57,695 nt of DNA, from IMG/VR virus record IMGVR_UViG_3300013110_000368, one strand, 5' to 3'. The stretch comes from an uncultured virus (IMG/VR IMGVR_UViG_3300013110_000368). Its lineage: Duplodnaviria; Heunggongvirae; Uroviricota; Caudoviricetes; Kyanoviridae. The translations under genes and the position numbers were made by a program. The first letter of the stretch is position 1. Each line of letters begins with the position of its first letter. Shown here piece by piece: positions 36,622 to 45,907 of the stretch. The notes under the pieces were generated by a model. It searched no databases. It saw nothing but the letters and a program-made list of their open reading frames with translations, and was not told where the DNA came from.

Positions 36622-37181
36622 TCCATAAACCTCTCTAATGATTTTTTATTTGCCTTTCTGAGTTCCCGTTTTTGTTCCATTTTTCTTTCGTAATCAGCCA
36701 CATCAAACCCTTCGTTGACCTTAACATGATCTAATACGTGCGTATCACCATATTCTTCAAATAATGCCATTGATCTTTCTTCAACCATTTTTTCGGATAA
36801 TTTATGTTTAACATATGCTTGTTTTTTCTCTCGTTCAATTCTTCGGACAAAGGCATAATATATTATTTGAGTAAAGTAGGCAAATGGATTTTTAGATTTT
36901 TCTGGATTGAAATTGGAACAGTACTGCAAACAATTCTCAATACCATCCCCGATCATTTCCTCTTTGTAAGTATAATTTATGAAATTTGGTTTGTTGGATA
37001 AATTCATGGCAATATCTACAAAGCACTTTCCCATGAAATCAGTAGCTGGTGGAAGTACAATATCAGATAATGGAATTCCATCTGCTAGACCTTGATTTCG
37101 GGTCGTCAGTACCAAATCACAATACTCCACCATTTCCTTGTAGAATTGTTTATTATCAATGTAGTGTGCTTTCTTTGCCAT
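36618..37181 (-). CDS. gp55: Late transcription sigma factor (gp55-like)
   Basis: HYIDNK.F; KPNF.NYTY.EEMI.DGIENC; NPFAYFTQI. Confidence 0.96.
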   Translation of the reverse strand: MAKKAHYIDNKQFYKEMVEYCDLVLTTRNQGLADGIPLSDIVLPPATDFMGKCFVDIAMNLSNKPNFINYTYKEEMIGDGIENCLQYCSNFNPEKSKNPFAYFTQIIYYAFVRRIEREKKQAYVKHKLSEKMVEERSMALFEEYGDTHVLDHVKVNEGFDVADYERKMEQKRELRKANKKSLERFME

Positions 37182-37209
37182 AAAAAACCATCCTTAAATT
37201 TATTTACCT

Positions 37210-37247
37210 ATATTATACCACAAAAATCAATATTTGTCAAGCTAAAA
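37210..37247 (-). promoter_or_regulatory. Sigma70-type early promoter for gp55-gp47-gp46
   Basis: TTTTAGCTTGACA-17nt-TATAAT with TG extension. Confidence 0.85.
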
Positions 37248-37251
37248 AATA

Positions 37252-37283
37252 AGCTTGACATCTGTCTCAAAATATGGTATACT
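37252..37283 (+). promoter_or_regulatory. Divergent sigma70-type promoter, antisense to uvsW
   Basis: AGCTTGACA-17nt-TATACT with TG extension; no plus-strand ORF follows. Confidence 0.65.
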
Positions 37284-37314
37284 TAGTGTGATGCACTGGA
37301 AAGAGGGTATATTA

Positions 37315-38787
37315 CTACAAGGTGAACTTCTTCATCTTGTAGTCAAACTTCTCACTGTTATAGATCTTAATACGTTCAATCAAATGTTTCAATGTGTAGT
37401 TCTGGTATGATTTGTGTGATAGATCATCAGCGACATCTAAAAGACTAGCATTGGCATTTTTACCTTTACGTCTTAATGCCCTGCCGATAGATTGTAGATT
37501 ACGAATACGAGATTTCGATGGACTAGCAAAAACCACATTATCGAGATTCCGAATATTGACACCAGTACTGTAAGTGCCGTAACTCGCAACAATAACCACA
37601 TTATCGTTGTTTTCTGCTTCCTCTCTGATTTCTTCTCTAACATCAGTTTTTACCCCACCGTGAATATATCTTACTATTCTATCCTCTAGTGCATCAGATA
37701 GCATCTGATATAAAATACTACCATGCTTTTCCACCAACTGATACAAAACCAAAGTATTTCCAGACAATGCCGAAACCATATTGGTTATGAACTGGTTTCG
37801 TTTGGGATTTCCAACTAGAAAATCAATTTCCTGTTTATAATCCATCGACTTAACCAGTTTACATTCCTGTTCAGAATATTTCAATACCACACAATGAACG
37901 TTCAGATCTGCCAAAATGTCAGCATCCATCAACTCTTTGGTTGTCGTGACCTGTTTAACCAGCCCGAATAACCCTTCCAACACTAATTGATGTGTCTGTG
38001 TACCATCCAGTGTACCAGTAGTTCCTACCCGATACTTGGCATTTACTAATTTGGTCATAATGGAAATCAAAGATTTGGATTTGAATCCATGTGCCTCATC
38101 ACCGACAACCAAACAAAACCTCTCAAAAAAAGGAGTTTTTAATCGGTGGATAGATTGCCACGTTGAAATCACTATTGGTTTGTCGGTATCCCTTTCATGG
38201 CCAGAATAAATCCGATGACAATTATCTTCAGTAGACCATCCATTGACTGTCGAATAATCTTGGAAATCCTTGTACATTTGCTCCACCAGTGAAGTTGTCG
38301 GTACAACTATCAATGTCGGTAAATTCAAATACCTAACCAAGAGATAGATAATCAACGATTTTCCTGATGCAGTAGGTGAAACTAGTAATGATTTTTGGAT
38401 TGATAATGCATGTGTGAGTGCATCCAACTGATAATCACGGACTGTCAGTGGATTCCCATTGGATTGTAATTGAAGTGAATCAATGAATTCTGATGATATA
38501 GTCACTGGTTCATTATCAAACGATGATAGAAAAACTAAATGGTATGCCCTTTTTTGAACGAATAGTGTGACATAATGTAATAGTCCACTGTATAATTTTT
38601 TATCATAGACCGAATATAGTCGTATTTTTCCATCCCATACCTTAGACCTATAAGAAGGCATGAATTTATAGCCTGGAACATAAAAGGTGAAAAAGTCACA
38701 TAATTCTTGTGCTATACTAGGTTCGCAAGTAACCTTGATAAAAACCTCATCAATCTTAGAAACATAGACAGTATTAGGTGAGGCCAC
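37315..38787 (-). CDS. uvsW: UvsW helicase
   Basis: WDGKIRL; SPTASGKS; GDEAH; GTTGTL; LQSIGR. Confidence 0.96.
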   Translation of the reverse strand: MASPNTVYVSKIDEVFIKVTCEPSIAQELCDFFTFYVPGYKFMPSYRSKVWDGKIRLYSVYDKKLYSGLLHYVTLFVQKRAYHLVFLSSFDNEPVTISSEFIDSLQLQSNGNPLTVRDYQLDALTHALSIQKSLLVSPTASGKSLIIYLLVRYLNLPTLIVVPTTSLVEQMYKDFQDYSTVNGWSTEDNCHRIYSGHERDTDKPIVISTWQSIHRLKTPFFERFCLVVGDEAHGFKSKSLISIMTKLVNAKYRVGTTGTLDGTQTHQLVLEGLFGLVKQVTTTKELMDADILADLNVHCVVLKYSEQECKLVKSMDYKQEIDFLVGNPKRNQFITNMVSALSGNTLVLYQLVEKHGSILYQMLSDALEDRIVRYIHGGVKTDVREEIREEAENNDNVVIVASYGTYSTGVNIRNLDNVVFASPSKSRIRNLQSIGRALRRKGKNANASLLDVADDLSHKSYQNYTLKHLIERIKIYNSEKFDYKMKKFTL

Positions 38788-39205
38788 TTAGAAACTTTCT
38801 CCATTCTATTGCATTTTTTATGTTCCAATTTCGATTCTCTATATTCTTTAGTGTTTTCTCTAAAAAATCCTTTATGGCACTAACGTAATCAACCAAATCA
38901 AATGCTTTGGCCAATTCTGGATCAGCATTCATATACAGTTCCAAATCCTGTTTTACTACCTTGATGCCGAATGGTGATTCTTTATAGACTTCTGGATCGG
39001 CATTGCCCGTATAATATCTGTGCTTTTCCAGTTTCAGTTCGTTATATTTTTGCTGTACTTTCCTTAGATGCAACTTTGTTTCCTGATACATCTTCAGATA
39101 TTTGTCATACAGGTATGGTGTTCTGAGAGATTCTCTATCCAGTTCTGATTCTTCTATAACAAGATCATTTTTGGTATCATCATAAAATTCATTCAACGTT
39201 TTCAT
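38774..39205 (-). CDS. uvsY: UvsY recombination mediator
   Basis: ESL..P.L..KY; YYTG.ADPE.Y...PF; IKNAIEW.KF. Confidence 0.92.
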   Translation of the reverse strand: MKTLNEFYDDTKNDLVIEESELDRESLRTPYLYDKYLKMYQETKLHLRKVQQKYNELKLEKHRYYTGNADPEVYKESPFGIKVVKQDLELYMNADPELAKAFDLVDYVSAIKDFLEKTLKNIENRNWNIKNAIEWRKFLSGLT

Positions 39206-39213
39206 TTACACCT

Positions 39214-39738
39214 CTATGTCACTGTTTCTATAGTAAAGTCTGTTATGTCAAATGTACACGTAGCAGCTATGGCCGCAATTTCCGTATCCTGTGTTGTAAA
39301 ATCTAATGATCCTAAATTGGTAGGAAAAATGTCTTTGAATTGAATATTCTTATTCGTGTTCATAGAATTGGTTAAGATGTGTAGTGTTGCGTCTGAAACT
39401 AACCCACCGAAATTTCCCAGACCTTCATCCGTATTAACTAATGCCGTATTGTATCCTGTGAAATTCTCTGGTGATGTTAAATCTCGCAACCACTTCTGAA
39501 TTTCCATATAGTTTGCTAAATCTTCATCAACGATGAAAGAAATATCCAATGCACCGATTTCTAAATTATCACCAAAAGTATTAAAATCTCGCATTGGAGA
39601 TGGTCTTACTACCGTTCCAACCGTAAGATCTGGTATATTGGCACTTTGACAAAAGAAACTCACATTAGGCAATTTCTTAATCGAAAATCTAAACGAAACT
39701 GGTGATAGAACGTTATAGTTACTTGGTAGATTCTGCAT
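39214..39738 (-). CDS. gp3: Tail completion protein (gp3-like)
   Basis: N.LSPV.F.F.I.KLP...FFCQ.ANIP; F.VDEDL.NY; F.D.FP..L; position after gp23. Confidence 0.85.
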   Translation of the reverse strand: MQNLPSNYNVLSPVSFRFSIKKLPNVSFFCQSANIPDLTVGTVVRPSPMRDFNTFGDNLEIGALDISFIVDEDLANYMEIQKWLRDLTSPENFTGYNTALVNTDEGLGNFGGLVSDATLHILTNSMNTNKNIQFKDIFPTNLGSLDFTTQDTEIAAIAATCTFDITDFTIETVT

Positions 39739-39768
39739 GTATAGTTCCTCCACCTATATTTAGGCAAC

Positions 39769-39795
39769 AAAAAAGGGGGGCATTTGCCCCCCTTT
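39769..39795 (-). terminator. Rho-independent terminator after the major capsid gene
   Basis: AAAGGGGGGC-AAAT-GCCCCCCTTTTTT on the minus strand. Confidence 0.9.
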
Positions 39796-39817
39796 CCGTG
39801 TAACGGTGAAATGCGTG

Positions 39818-41191
39818 TTACATTAAGTTTGTGACTTTGAATTTTCTGTAATATTGATTGACATTAGCAGTCAAAGTACTTTCATCAGGTGTTCCAGCAG
39901 ATGCTTCCACGAATGGATTACTAACCAAACCATATCGGGTTTTGAATCCGATTTTCGGTTGGAAAGTTTGCTCACCAGTTGCCCGAACCATTTGTAATGG
40001 AACGTATGGACAATAGAACAGACCAGCATCGTAAGGTGAGGAACCTTTGTAACCCACCATGATGAATTCTTGATCGGTAGCAGAATAATACGGATCTACA
40101 TAAACTTTGTATTTTCCGTTTAATGTACCTACAAGAGTATTACCTGTAATACCATCATCGGCAATTGTTCCACCAGAGATAGCACCACCAGTATCCAAAG
40201 AACCTGTCATACTAAGAGCAGCCACTACATCGGCACTGGCAATTATGATATTACCACGTCCTCGACGAGTTTCGGTTGCAATAACATTAGCATCACGTTC
40301 AATTTGGAAATGCAGACCTTTAAACTTTTCAACAGACCAACGACCATTACTGTCGGTATCTAAGTCAAAAGTGCCATCGGTGGCTGTATTGTTCAACGCA
40401 CCCAATTTGGCAACAGTCAAAACTCTACGGATGATTTCTCGGTTAATTTCTGCCAAGATTTCAGTCGATAGGATATTTGACAATTCTGATTCAGCATCAA
40501 GACCATGAACTGCTTTCAGATCTTGTGCTAGTTCAGTGGTGTATTCTGCTTTTAAGGCACGACTTTTAGCAGTTACCGATGTTTTCTCGATGGTGAATGC
40601 CATTTCACGGAAATAATCCGTTGCTTGGTTCGTTCCACCAAGTGCTTCTGCTTTGGCAGTAGTCATGGCAGTTACTGCATTGGTATCAGCGGCATAACTA
40701 GCGGCAAACGGATCGGTTTCTGGAGTATCAGCATCGTCGATACCACCAACGGTATCACCAGAATCACTGGCAGAATGTTCCGTTACTGCTTCACCGAATA
40801 GTGCTTCTGCTCCGATTTCTTGTCCGTCTTTTTTGACGTAATTTGACTTCATGGCAAATATCAGACCCGTAGGGCCAGACATTGGTTGAACACCACAAAT
40901 ATCATAAGCAATGAGATTTGGGGCAGAACGTCTTACTAGACTAATTAATACTGGATCATAGGTGTCAAGTTGACGACCAGTGTTAGAACCAGCTGCGTTG
41001 TTTGCTGGTGATGCTTCCGTCAGAAGTCCAACGTTACCTTCAGCAATCCGTGATTCACGGGTTGCCAATTCTTGGTTTTCCAAGAGTACTGCCGTAACAG
41101 CACGTTTGTAACGATCTGTAATCTTCGGGAGAGCTTCATGATCCAACACAGGACTCCACTTCTCTTGAAGTTGTTGTGTATTCATTTGCAT
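39818..41191 (-). CDS. gp23: Major capsid protein (gp23-like)
   Basis: DPVLISLVRR; GVQPMSGPTG; SRALKAEYT.ELAQDLKAVHG; FQPKIGFKTRYG. Confidence 0.98.
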   Translation of the reverse strand: MQMNTQQLQEKWSPVLDHEALPKITDRYKRAVTAVLLENQELATRESRIAEGNVGLLTEASPANNAAGSNTGRQLDTYDPVLISLVRRSAPNLIAYDICGVQPMSGPTGLIFAMKSNYVKKDGQEIGAEALFGEAVTEHSASDSGDTVGGIDDADTPETDPFAASYAADTNAVTAMTTAKAEALGGTNQATDYFREMAFTIEKTSVTAKSRALKAEYTTELAQDLKAVHGLDAESELSNILSTEILAEINREIIRRVLTVAKLGALNNTATDGTFDLDTDSNGRWSVEKFKGLHFQIERDANVIATETRRGRGNIIIASADVVAALSMTGSLDTGGAISGGTIADDGITGNTLVGTLNGKYKVYVDPYYSATDQEFIMVGYKGSSPYDAGLFYCPYVPLQMVRATGEQTFQPKIGFKTRYGLVSNPFVEASAGTPDESTLTANVNQYYRKFKVTNLM

Positions 41192-41213
41192 TTTTTTCTC
41201 TCCTATTTTGTTA

Positions 41214-41221
41214 TATTTATA
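41214..41221 (-). promoter_or_regulatory. T4-type late promoter (TATAAATA) for gp23
   Basis: Exact consensus, intergenic. Confidence 0.85.
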
Positions 41222-41227
41222 ACTTTA

Positions 41228-42829
41228 TTATCTTTGAGTTGTTCTTGTCAAGGCACTTGAATAAATGTCCATTGACTCTGACAATACTTCAAAGGATTCT
41301 TCCTGTTCTTCTTCTTGCTGAACGGTTTCTACAGTCTTAGATGGGAAATAACTTTCTTTTATCGTTTCAAGTTTAGAAACAAAATCAGATTCATCTTCAA
41401 ACTTAATGCCTTCAGACAATTCTTTAAGTTTTTCCACTTCCGTGACTGTCAAATCAGAACTGACTGATTGCACAATTTCATGCCTTTTCAGTTCTGCCAA
41501 CTCTTGCTTCAAACTAATGTTTGAATTCAATTGCTCGTTCAAACTTGATTTCAGTTCTTCCATCTGCTTGGCGAGTTCTTGTAGAACATCGGTTTTGCTT
41601 TCGGGAACTTCAACATAGTTTTCAGTGAAAAGAGTTTTCAACCCACTGATGAAATTTTCAGCAATTTCAGAACGAATACCTGTGTCGATAGCAACTTTGT
41701 TGTCATCAAACCATTGATCGGCAACATAGTCAAAATAATTGTCTAATTGCTCGGTCAATTCGGTTTTGGCATTGTCTACAGCAGAATCAAACACAGAGTG
41801 TACTTCTGCTTCGGCAAGTGCCAGTTGTCTATCAACTTCGTTATTGACAGCAGCCTCAAAGATAGTCGTTGCTTTCTCTTTGAATTCTTCTGACAATTCT
41901 TCACCTGTTAGTAACGCACTAACATCGTTTGTTGGGTCGTAGGATTCTTCGGTTGTAACACCTTCTACTTCCCTTGCCTTCCAGACACGTTTTAGTGCCG
42001 TAGAAAGAGCATCTTTATGATCGACGGACTTAGGTTCTTCACCTATGTCCTTTTCGTCTTTTTTGGTCGTATCTTTTGCCATTTTGATCTCCCCATCAAT
42101 AGTTCTAAAAATAGCATACTCTTGAACATTTTCTTCACTCGTTACTACAGCCGTATCAGCAGAAACTTCAGAAGGGTCAAAAGAATCTTTAGCAGAAGTA
42201 TATCGTGCAGATTTTCTTGCTCTAGCATCGGCAGCTGCCCTCCCCATCCGTTTGAGTGGATTCAATTTATGCAACACTGTTCGTATATAGGATTTGGTTT
42301 TCTTCCTTTTCTTTTTCTTTTTCTTGAGACTTCCCTGAGTTTCCCCTGCATCCTTTTGTTTCTTCGTCAACTTTATAAATTCATAAATATCAACCGTTCC
42401 ATCTTCACTGATTACTATATCAACATTATCAAAATCGAACTCAGGATCTTCTGCTTTCAATTCGGCAAGAATTTCTTTCATTGCTTCCAAATCTTCTTCA
42501 GCAACATCTTCCCAACCATTTTCATCGGCAAGTATTGCTTGAAGTTCATCATCATCTTCAGCATCTTCTTCTTCAAGGATTTCTTCAGTTTCGACTTCTT
42601 CAACGGGTTCTTCTTCAGAAGTTACTTCTTCTACAGCAACTGTTTCTTCTTCTGAAGTTGCTTCTTCTTCAGCAACCGTTGGTTCGTCTACACTCTGGTC
42701 GGCATTGGCAGATAGAATTTGTTGAACTATATCTTCAACACCAGCCTCGGCAGTAACCTGATCTGTGTCAGTTTCAACCGCATCCTCAGAAGCAACGAGA
42801 TCTGAAAAATCTTTTTCCAATGCTTCCAT
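41228..42829 (-). CDS. gp22: Prohead scaffold protein (gp22-like) with long N-terminal extension
   Basis: LSEEFKEKATTIFEAAV; Y.DYV..QW; KLETIKESYF; synteny. Confidence 0.9.
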   Translation of the reverse strand: MEALEKDFSDLVASEDAVETDTDQVTAEAGVEDIVQQILSANADQSVDEPTVAEEEATSEEETVAVEEVTSEEEPVEEVETEEILEEEDAEDDDELQAILADENGWEDVAEEDLEAMKEILAELKAEDPEFDFDNVDIVISEDGTVDIYEFIKLTKKQKDAGETQGSLKKKKKKRKKTKSYIRTVLHKLNPLKRMGRAAADARARKSARYTSAKDSFDPSEVSADTAVVTSEENVQEYAIFRTIDGEIKMAKDTTKKDEKDIGEEPKSVDHKDALSTALKRVWKAREVEGVTTEESYDPTNDVSALLTGEELSEEFKEKATTIFEAAVNNEVDRQLALAEAEVHSVFDSAVDNAKTELTEQLDNYFDYVADQWFDDNKVAIDTGIRSEIAENFISGLKTLFTENYVEVPESKTDVLQELAKQMEELKSSLNEQLNSNISLKQELAELKRHEIVQSVSSDLTVTEVEKLKELSEGIKFEDESDFVSKLETIKESYFPSKTVETVQQEEEQEESFEVLSESMDIYSSALTRTTQR

Positions 42830-42863
42830 GTGTATTCTCCTTATATATTGAGTATCTAATAGT

Positions 42864-42871
42864 TATTTATA
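42864..42871 (-). promoter_or_regulatory. T4-type late promoter (TATAAATA) for gp22
   Basis: Exact consensus, intergenic. Confidence 0.85.
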
Positions 42872-42875
42872 CAAA

Positions 42876-43529
42876 CTAAAGTTTAGACAAGAATTCTTCA
42901 AATACTTGCAATGCCTTCAGTTCACGTTCTTGTTTGGGTACGTCTAATACCTTTTTCATCTGAGCAATTTCACCCTCTTGAATTAGACCATTGTTCCATA
43001 CCCATTCTTTGCCTTCCATAATACCATTAACAAAGGCATTAGGTGCAGATGGATCAGCAACAATATCAGCGGCAGTTGCCAAGTAAAAATCATCCTTTAC
43101 TATCTTAGTACCATCTTTTTGTTCTTCCAGAGAACCCATGCCCCTAGAGGAAACTCCAAGTTTAGCACCTTCCTTTAGAATACTTTCAACAATTTTACCG
43201 TATGGTGTTTCACGCATAACCTTTGCTTTGCCAATCCAATCATTACCACTTCTGCGTAGATTAGTTACCATATGAGAAACACGTTCGAGATTGATAGTTG
43301 GCCCTTCTGGATGACCCAATTCTCCGAATGCACGATTTTCCTTGATGTAATCCTTATTGTAACGTTTAACTTCACGTTCAAGAATATTTCTCGGATAAGA
43401 TCGTTTATTCCTGTTTACAGTTTCTGACTGAAGAAAAACCCCCTCAAGGTAAAGACTTTTTTTACCGTTGGAACCTTCGTCAATTTCAAAAACCTCTAAT
43501 TCTTCATTGACTTCTGTTATTAGTTTCAT
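42876..43529 (-). CDS. gp21: Prohead protease (gp21-like)
   Basis: GELGHPEGPTINL; GVSSRGMGS; DIVADPSAP. Confidence 0.97.
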   Translation of the reverse strand: MKLITEVNEELEVFEIDEGSNGKKSLYLEGVFLQSETVNRNKRSYPRNILEREVKRYNKDYIKENRAFGELGHPEGPTINLERVSHMVTNLRRSGNDWIGKAKVMRETPYGKIVESILKEGAKLGVSSRGMGSLEEQKDGTKIVKDDFYLATAADIVADPSAPNAFVNGIMEGKEWVWNNGLIQEGEIAQMKKVLDVPKQERELKALQVFEEFLSKL

Positions 43530-43543
43530 TATTACCCTCTTGA

Positions 43544-43966
43544 TTAACTAGAACTATAATCTGGACGTTGAGTATATCCTGTGACCTTTTTAACTTCAAT
43601 CAATAGACTGTAACTGGCATTTGAATTGGCCATACCAGCAGAATCTACATTGATATTAGCATCACCCGTGATAACAAGTGGTGCTGGTAGACCATGATTT
43701 AATCTATTCCAAGTGCCACTCCCACCAAGATTGAGTATTGCGGTAGACCCATCTTTGACAATTAAATACCCACCACCTTGAACATTCCATGAAATTGCAT
43801 TGATTGAGATTTGTTGAGTGCCAGATCCCAAATTATCACTAAAACTGGCATTAACATCAATTGTTTGTTGTGTTATTCCAGCAGACAAATTCCCTGCTTG
43901 CGTAGCACGAAACAACGAAATTCCATTTGGATTTGACTGCTCAAACACTTTAGTCATATTTGCCAT
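43544..43966 (-). CDS. Conserved head-region structural protein
   Basis: Beta-rich ORF between the gp67-like gene and gp21. Confidence 0.7.
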   Translation of the reverse strand: MANMTKVFEQSNPNGISLFRATQAGNLSAGITQQTIDVNASFSDNLGSGTQQISINAISWNVQGGGYLIVKDGSTAILNLGGSGTWNRLNHGLPAPLVITGDANINVDSAGMANSNASYSLLIEVKKVTGYTQRPDYSSS

Positions 43967-43969
43967 CGG

Positions 43970-44161
43970 TTATTCCCCCTTTTGCTCGGTTTCCTTTGGC
44001 AAACTTTCAGTCGGTAGATTGTTCAACCAATCCTTTGCAACTTCTGGTTTTCTTAATTCCAGTTTTTGCATAATTCGATCTGCCAATTCTTGTTGGAACA
44101 AAGCAGTTGCGTCAACCGTATTTCCATCATCTATTGCATCAATAATATCTTTAACTGCCAT
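43970..44161 (-). CDS. gp67: Prohead core protein (gp67-like)
   Basis: Small acidic ORF after the portal; IIDAI..G....A...F. Confidence 0.75.
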   Translation of the reverse strand: MAVKDIIDAIDDGNTVDATALFQQELADRIMQKLELRKPEVAKDWLNNLPTESLPKETEQKGE

Positions 44162-45854
44162 TGTCAGCTCCTTGATTTAGTAATCTCTGTATTTTATTTA
44201 TGTTAAACTGTTTCTCACCTGTTAAAAGTTGATTTTCTTCTTCTTGTGGTGGTTGTTGGCCATTACCATTTGCTGGTGGTAATGCTGGTTGTGGTGGTTC
44301 TTCTTCTGGTGGTTCTTCTTCACCTTCTTTTGGTTCCCCACCAGTTGCACCCATAGCACCCCACTCAATTGTAGCTTCTGGTGCTAATGTTCCACCATCC
44401 ACTTCAGCATCAATCTGTTTCTTCATTTGCCGTATTTCTTTATCGGTCATTTGTAAGATGTTCTTTTTGATGTATTCCATTGAAAAATACCGACCAGCAT
44501 ATTCTGCAACTGTACTTAGTAATTCCATCCGCATTTGTAAAATTTCAGCCGTTTTCTGTTCACGATAATAGGAATCCTCTGCCCATTCGTACTGGATCTC
44601 ATGTTGAATCTTTTCCCAATCTTCCTCTTTGATAATTCCCATCAAAATCAATTGTGCTTTTAGCAGTTGGTCAAAGAATTCGGTGAACTTATTACGTAAC
44701 CTATCAATAAACTTACTGAACTTCATTTCATCTCTGGAAATCTCTGATTCACGACCAAGTGAAAATCCAGAAGATTGTTCATCCAAACGACTCGATGGTA
44801 CATTCAGTGCTTTATAGAGTTTGATTTGGAAATAAACCACATCTTCCATCTCACCCAAATTCTGGCCACCTTGTAAGGTAGTAATTTCTGTACCACGTCC
44901 ACCTTCCCTTCGTGGCAACCAGAAATCCTCTAGCATACTCATATGTTTTCGTTCATCTTTGATCTCACCAGTTTCTGCATTATAAACCAACTTATTCCTA
45001 TACTGACTCATGGTATCCCGTAGATACTGCTCTGCTTTTGCTTTGGGTAAGTTACCCACGTCAATATAGAATATTCTTCGTTCTGGAGCTCGACTAATTC
45101 GATAAATGACCAATGCATCTTCCATCATGGTCAACTGGTTTAATGGTTTAACTGCTTTATGCAGATAACCCAAAGTATTCATTTTTTTGTAGTCGAACTG
45201 ACCACTGGTCACGTAGGCAATAGCATCAGGCATTACTTTAATGCCCTCTTGTACTGTTGAATCTGGTCGTGTTGCCTTTTCATTATATACAAAAAATTCC
45301 TCGATCTTTTTTACTAACTCTGCACTATTGGCATTTTCTGATCTTACTTTCTGTACTTCCCTAACTTTCCTGATCTTTCTTGGATCTATGTACCTAAGTT
45401 CTTGTATACCACGTTTCTTACGTTCTTCGTCAATAATAATGTGATAATATAACCTACCATCAATATACCATTTCCTAAAGATTTCATACCCCTTCTTATT
45501 GAAATCCAATGCTTGCACAATTTTCTCCCATGCTTCATGGATTTTCTTTTTGACGTTATCAGGAGCTCCAAGTTCATTCAAATCGAGATTTACTGCGTTT
45601 TCTTTTTCTTCCGATACTACGATTGCTTCGTTTACTATCGCATCAATTGCCATATCACATTCTGGATGGATAGACATTTCACGATATTTGTTAATAAGTT
45701 CAACCTCGTTCTTGATTGAACCATCCATATCAATGTATTGACCAAAAGCACCACCAGCCGCAACACCCAACGCACCATCATCATTTTCTGGTGGTGCAAA
45801 GGTTTTCAACTGTTTCTTTGCTCTTGTGACTTCAAATCCGAAAAATTTTGCCAT
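44151..45854 (-). CDS. gp20: Portal vertex protein (gp20-like)
   Basis: WYIDGRL; YRISRAPERRIFYIDVGNLPK; EDFWLPRREGGRGTEI; Pro/Glu-rich tail. Confidence 0.97.
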   Translation of the reverse strand: MAKFFGFEVTRAKKQLKTFAPPENDDGALGVAAGGAFGQYIDMDGSIKNEVELINKYREMSIHPECDMAIDAIVNEAIVVSEEKENAVNLDLNELGAPDNVKKKIHEAWEKIVQALDFNKKGYEIFRKWYIDGRLYYHIIIDEERKKRGIQELRYIDPRKIRKVREVQKVRSENANSAELVKKIEEFFVYNEKATRPDSTVQEGIKVMPDAIAYVTSGQFDYKKMNTLGYLHKAVKPLNQLTMMEDALVIYRISRAPERRIFYIDVGNLPKAKAEQYLRDTMSQYRNKLVYNAETGEIKDERKHMSMLEDFWLPRREGGRGTEITTLQGGQNLGEMEDVVYFQIKLYKALNVPSSRLDEQSSGFSLGRESEISRDEMKFSKFIDRLRNKFTEFFDQLLKAQLILMGIIKEEDWEKIQHEIQYEWAEDSYYREQKTAEILQMRMELLSTVAEYAGRYFSMEYIKKNILQMTDKEIRQMKKQIDAEVDGGTLAPEATIEWGAMGATGGEPKEGEEEPPEEEPPQPALPPANGNGQQPPQEEENQLLTGEKQFNINKIQRLLNQGADNGS

Positions 45855-45864
45855 AATAGTACCT

Positions 45865-45889
45865 AAAAGTGGGGGGAAGAATCCCCCCA
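45865..45889 (-). terminator. Hairpin between gp19 and gp20 (weak terminator-like)
   Basis: TGGGGGGA-TTCT-TCCCCCCA followed by CTTTT. Confidence 0.6.
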
Positions 45890-45907
45890 ATAGTTTTTAG
45901 TATTTAT

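Noticed and set aside
38774..39205. UvsY N-terminus MKTLNEFYDD as a capsid-targeting signal
   Set aside because: Only a loose match, and UvsY is a known non-virion protein.
42017..42756. Plus-strand ORFs of 212 and 91 aa
   Set aside because: Phe/Leu-rich mirrors of the GAA/AAA-rich gp22 strand.
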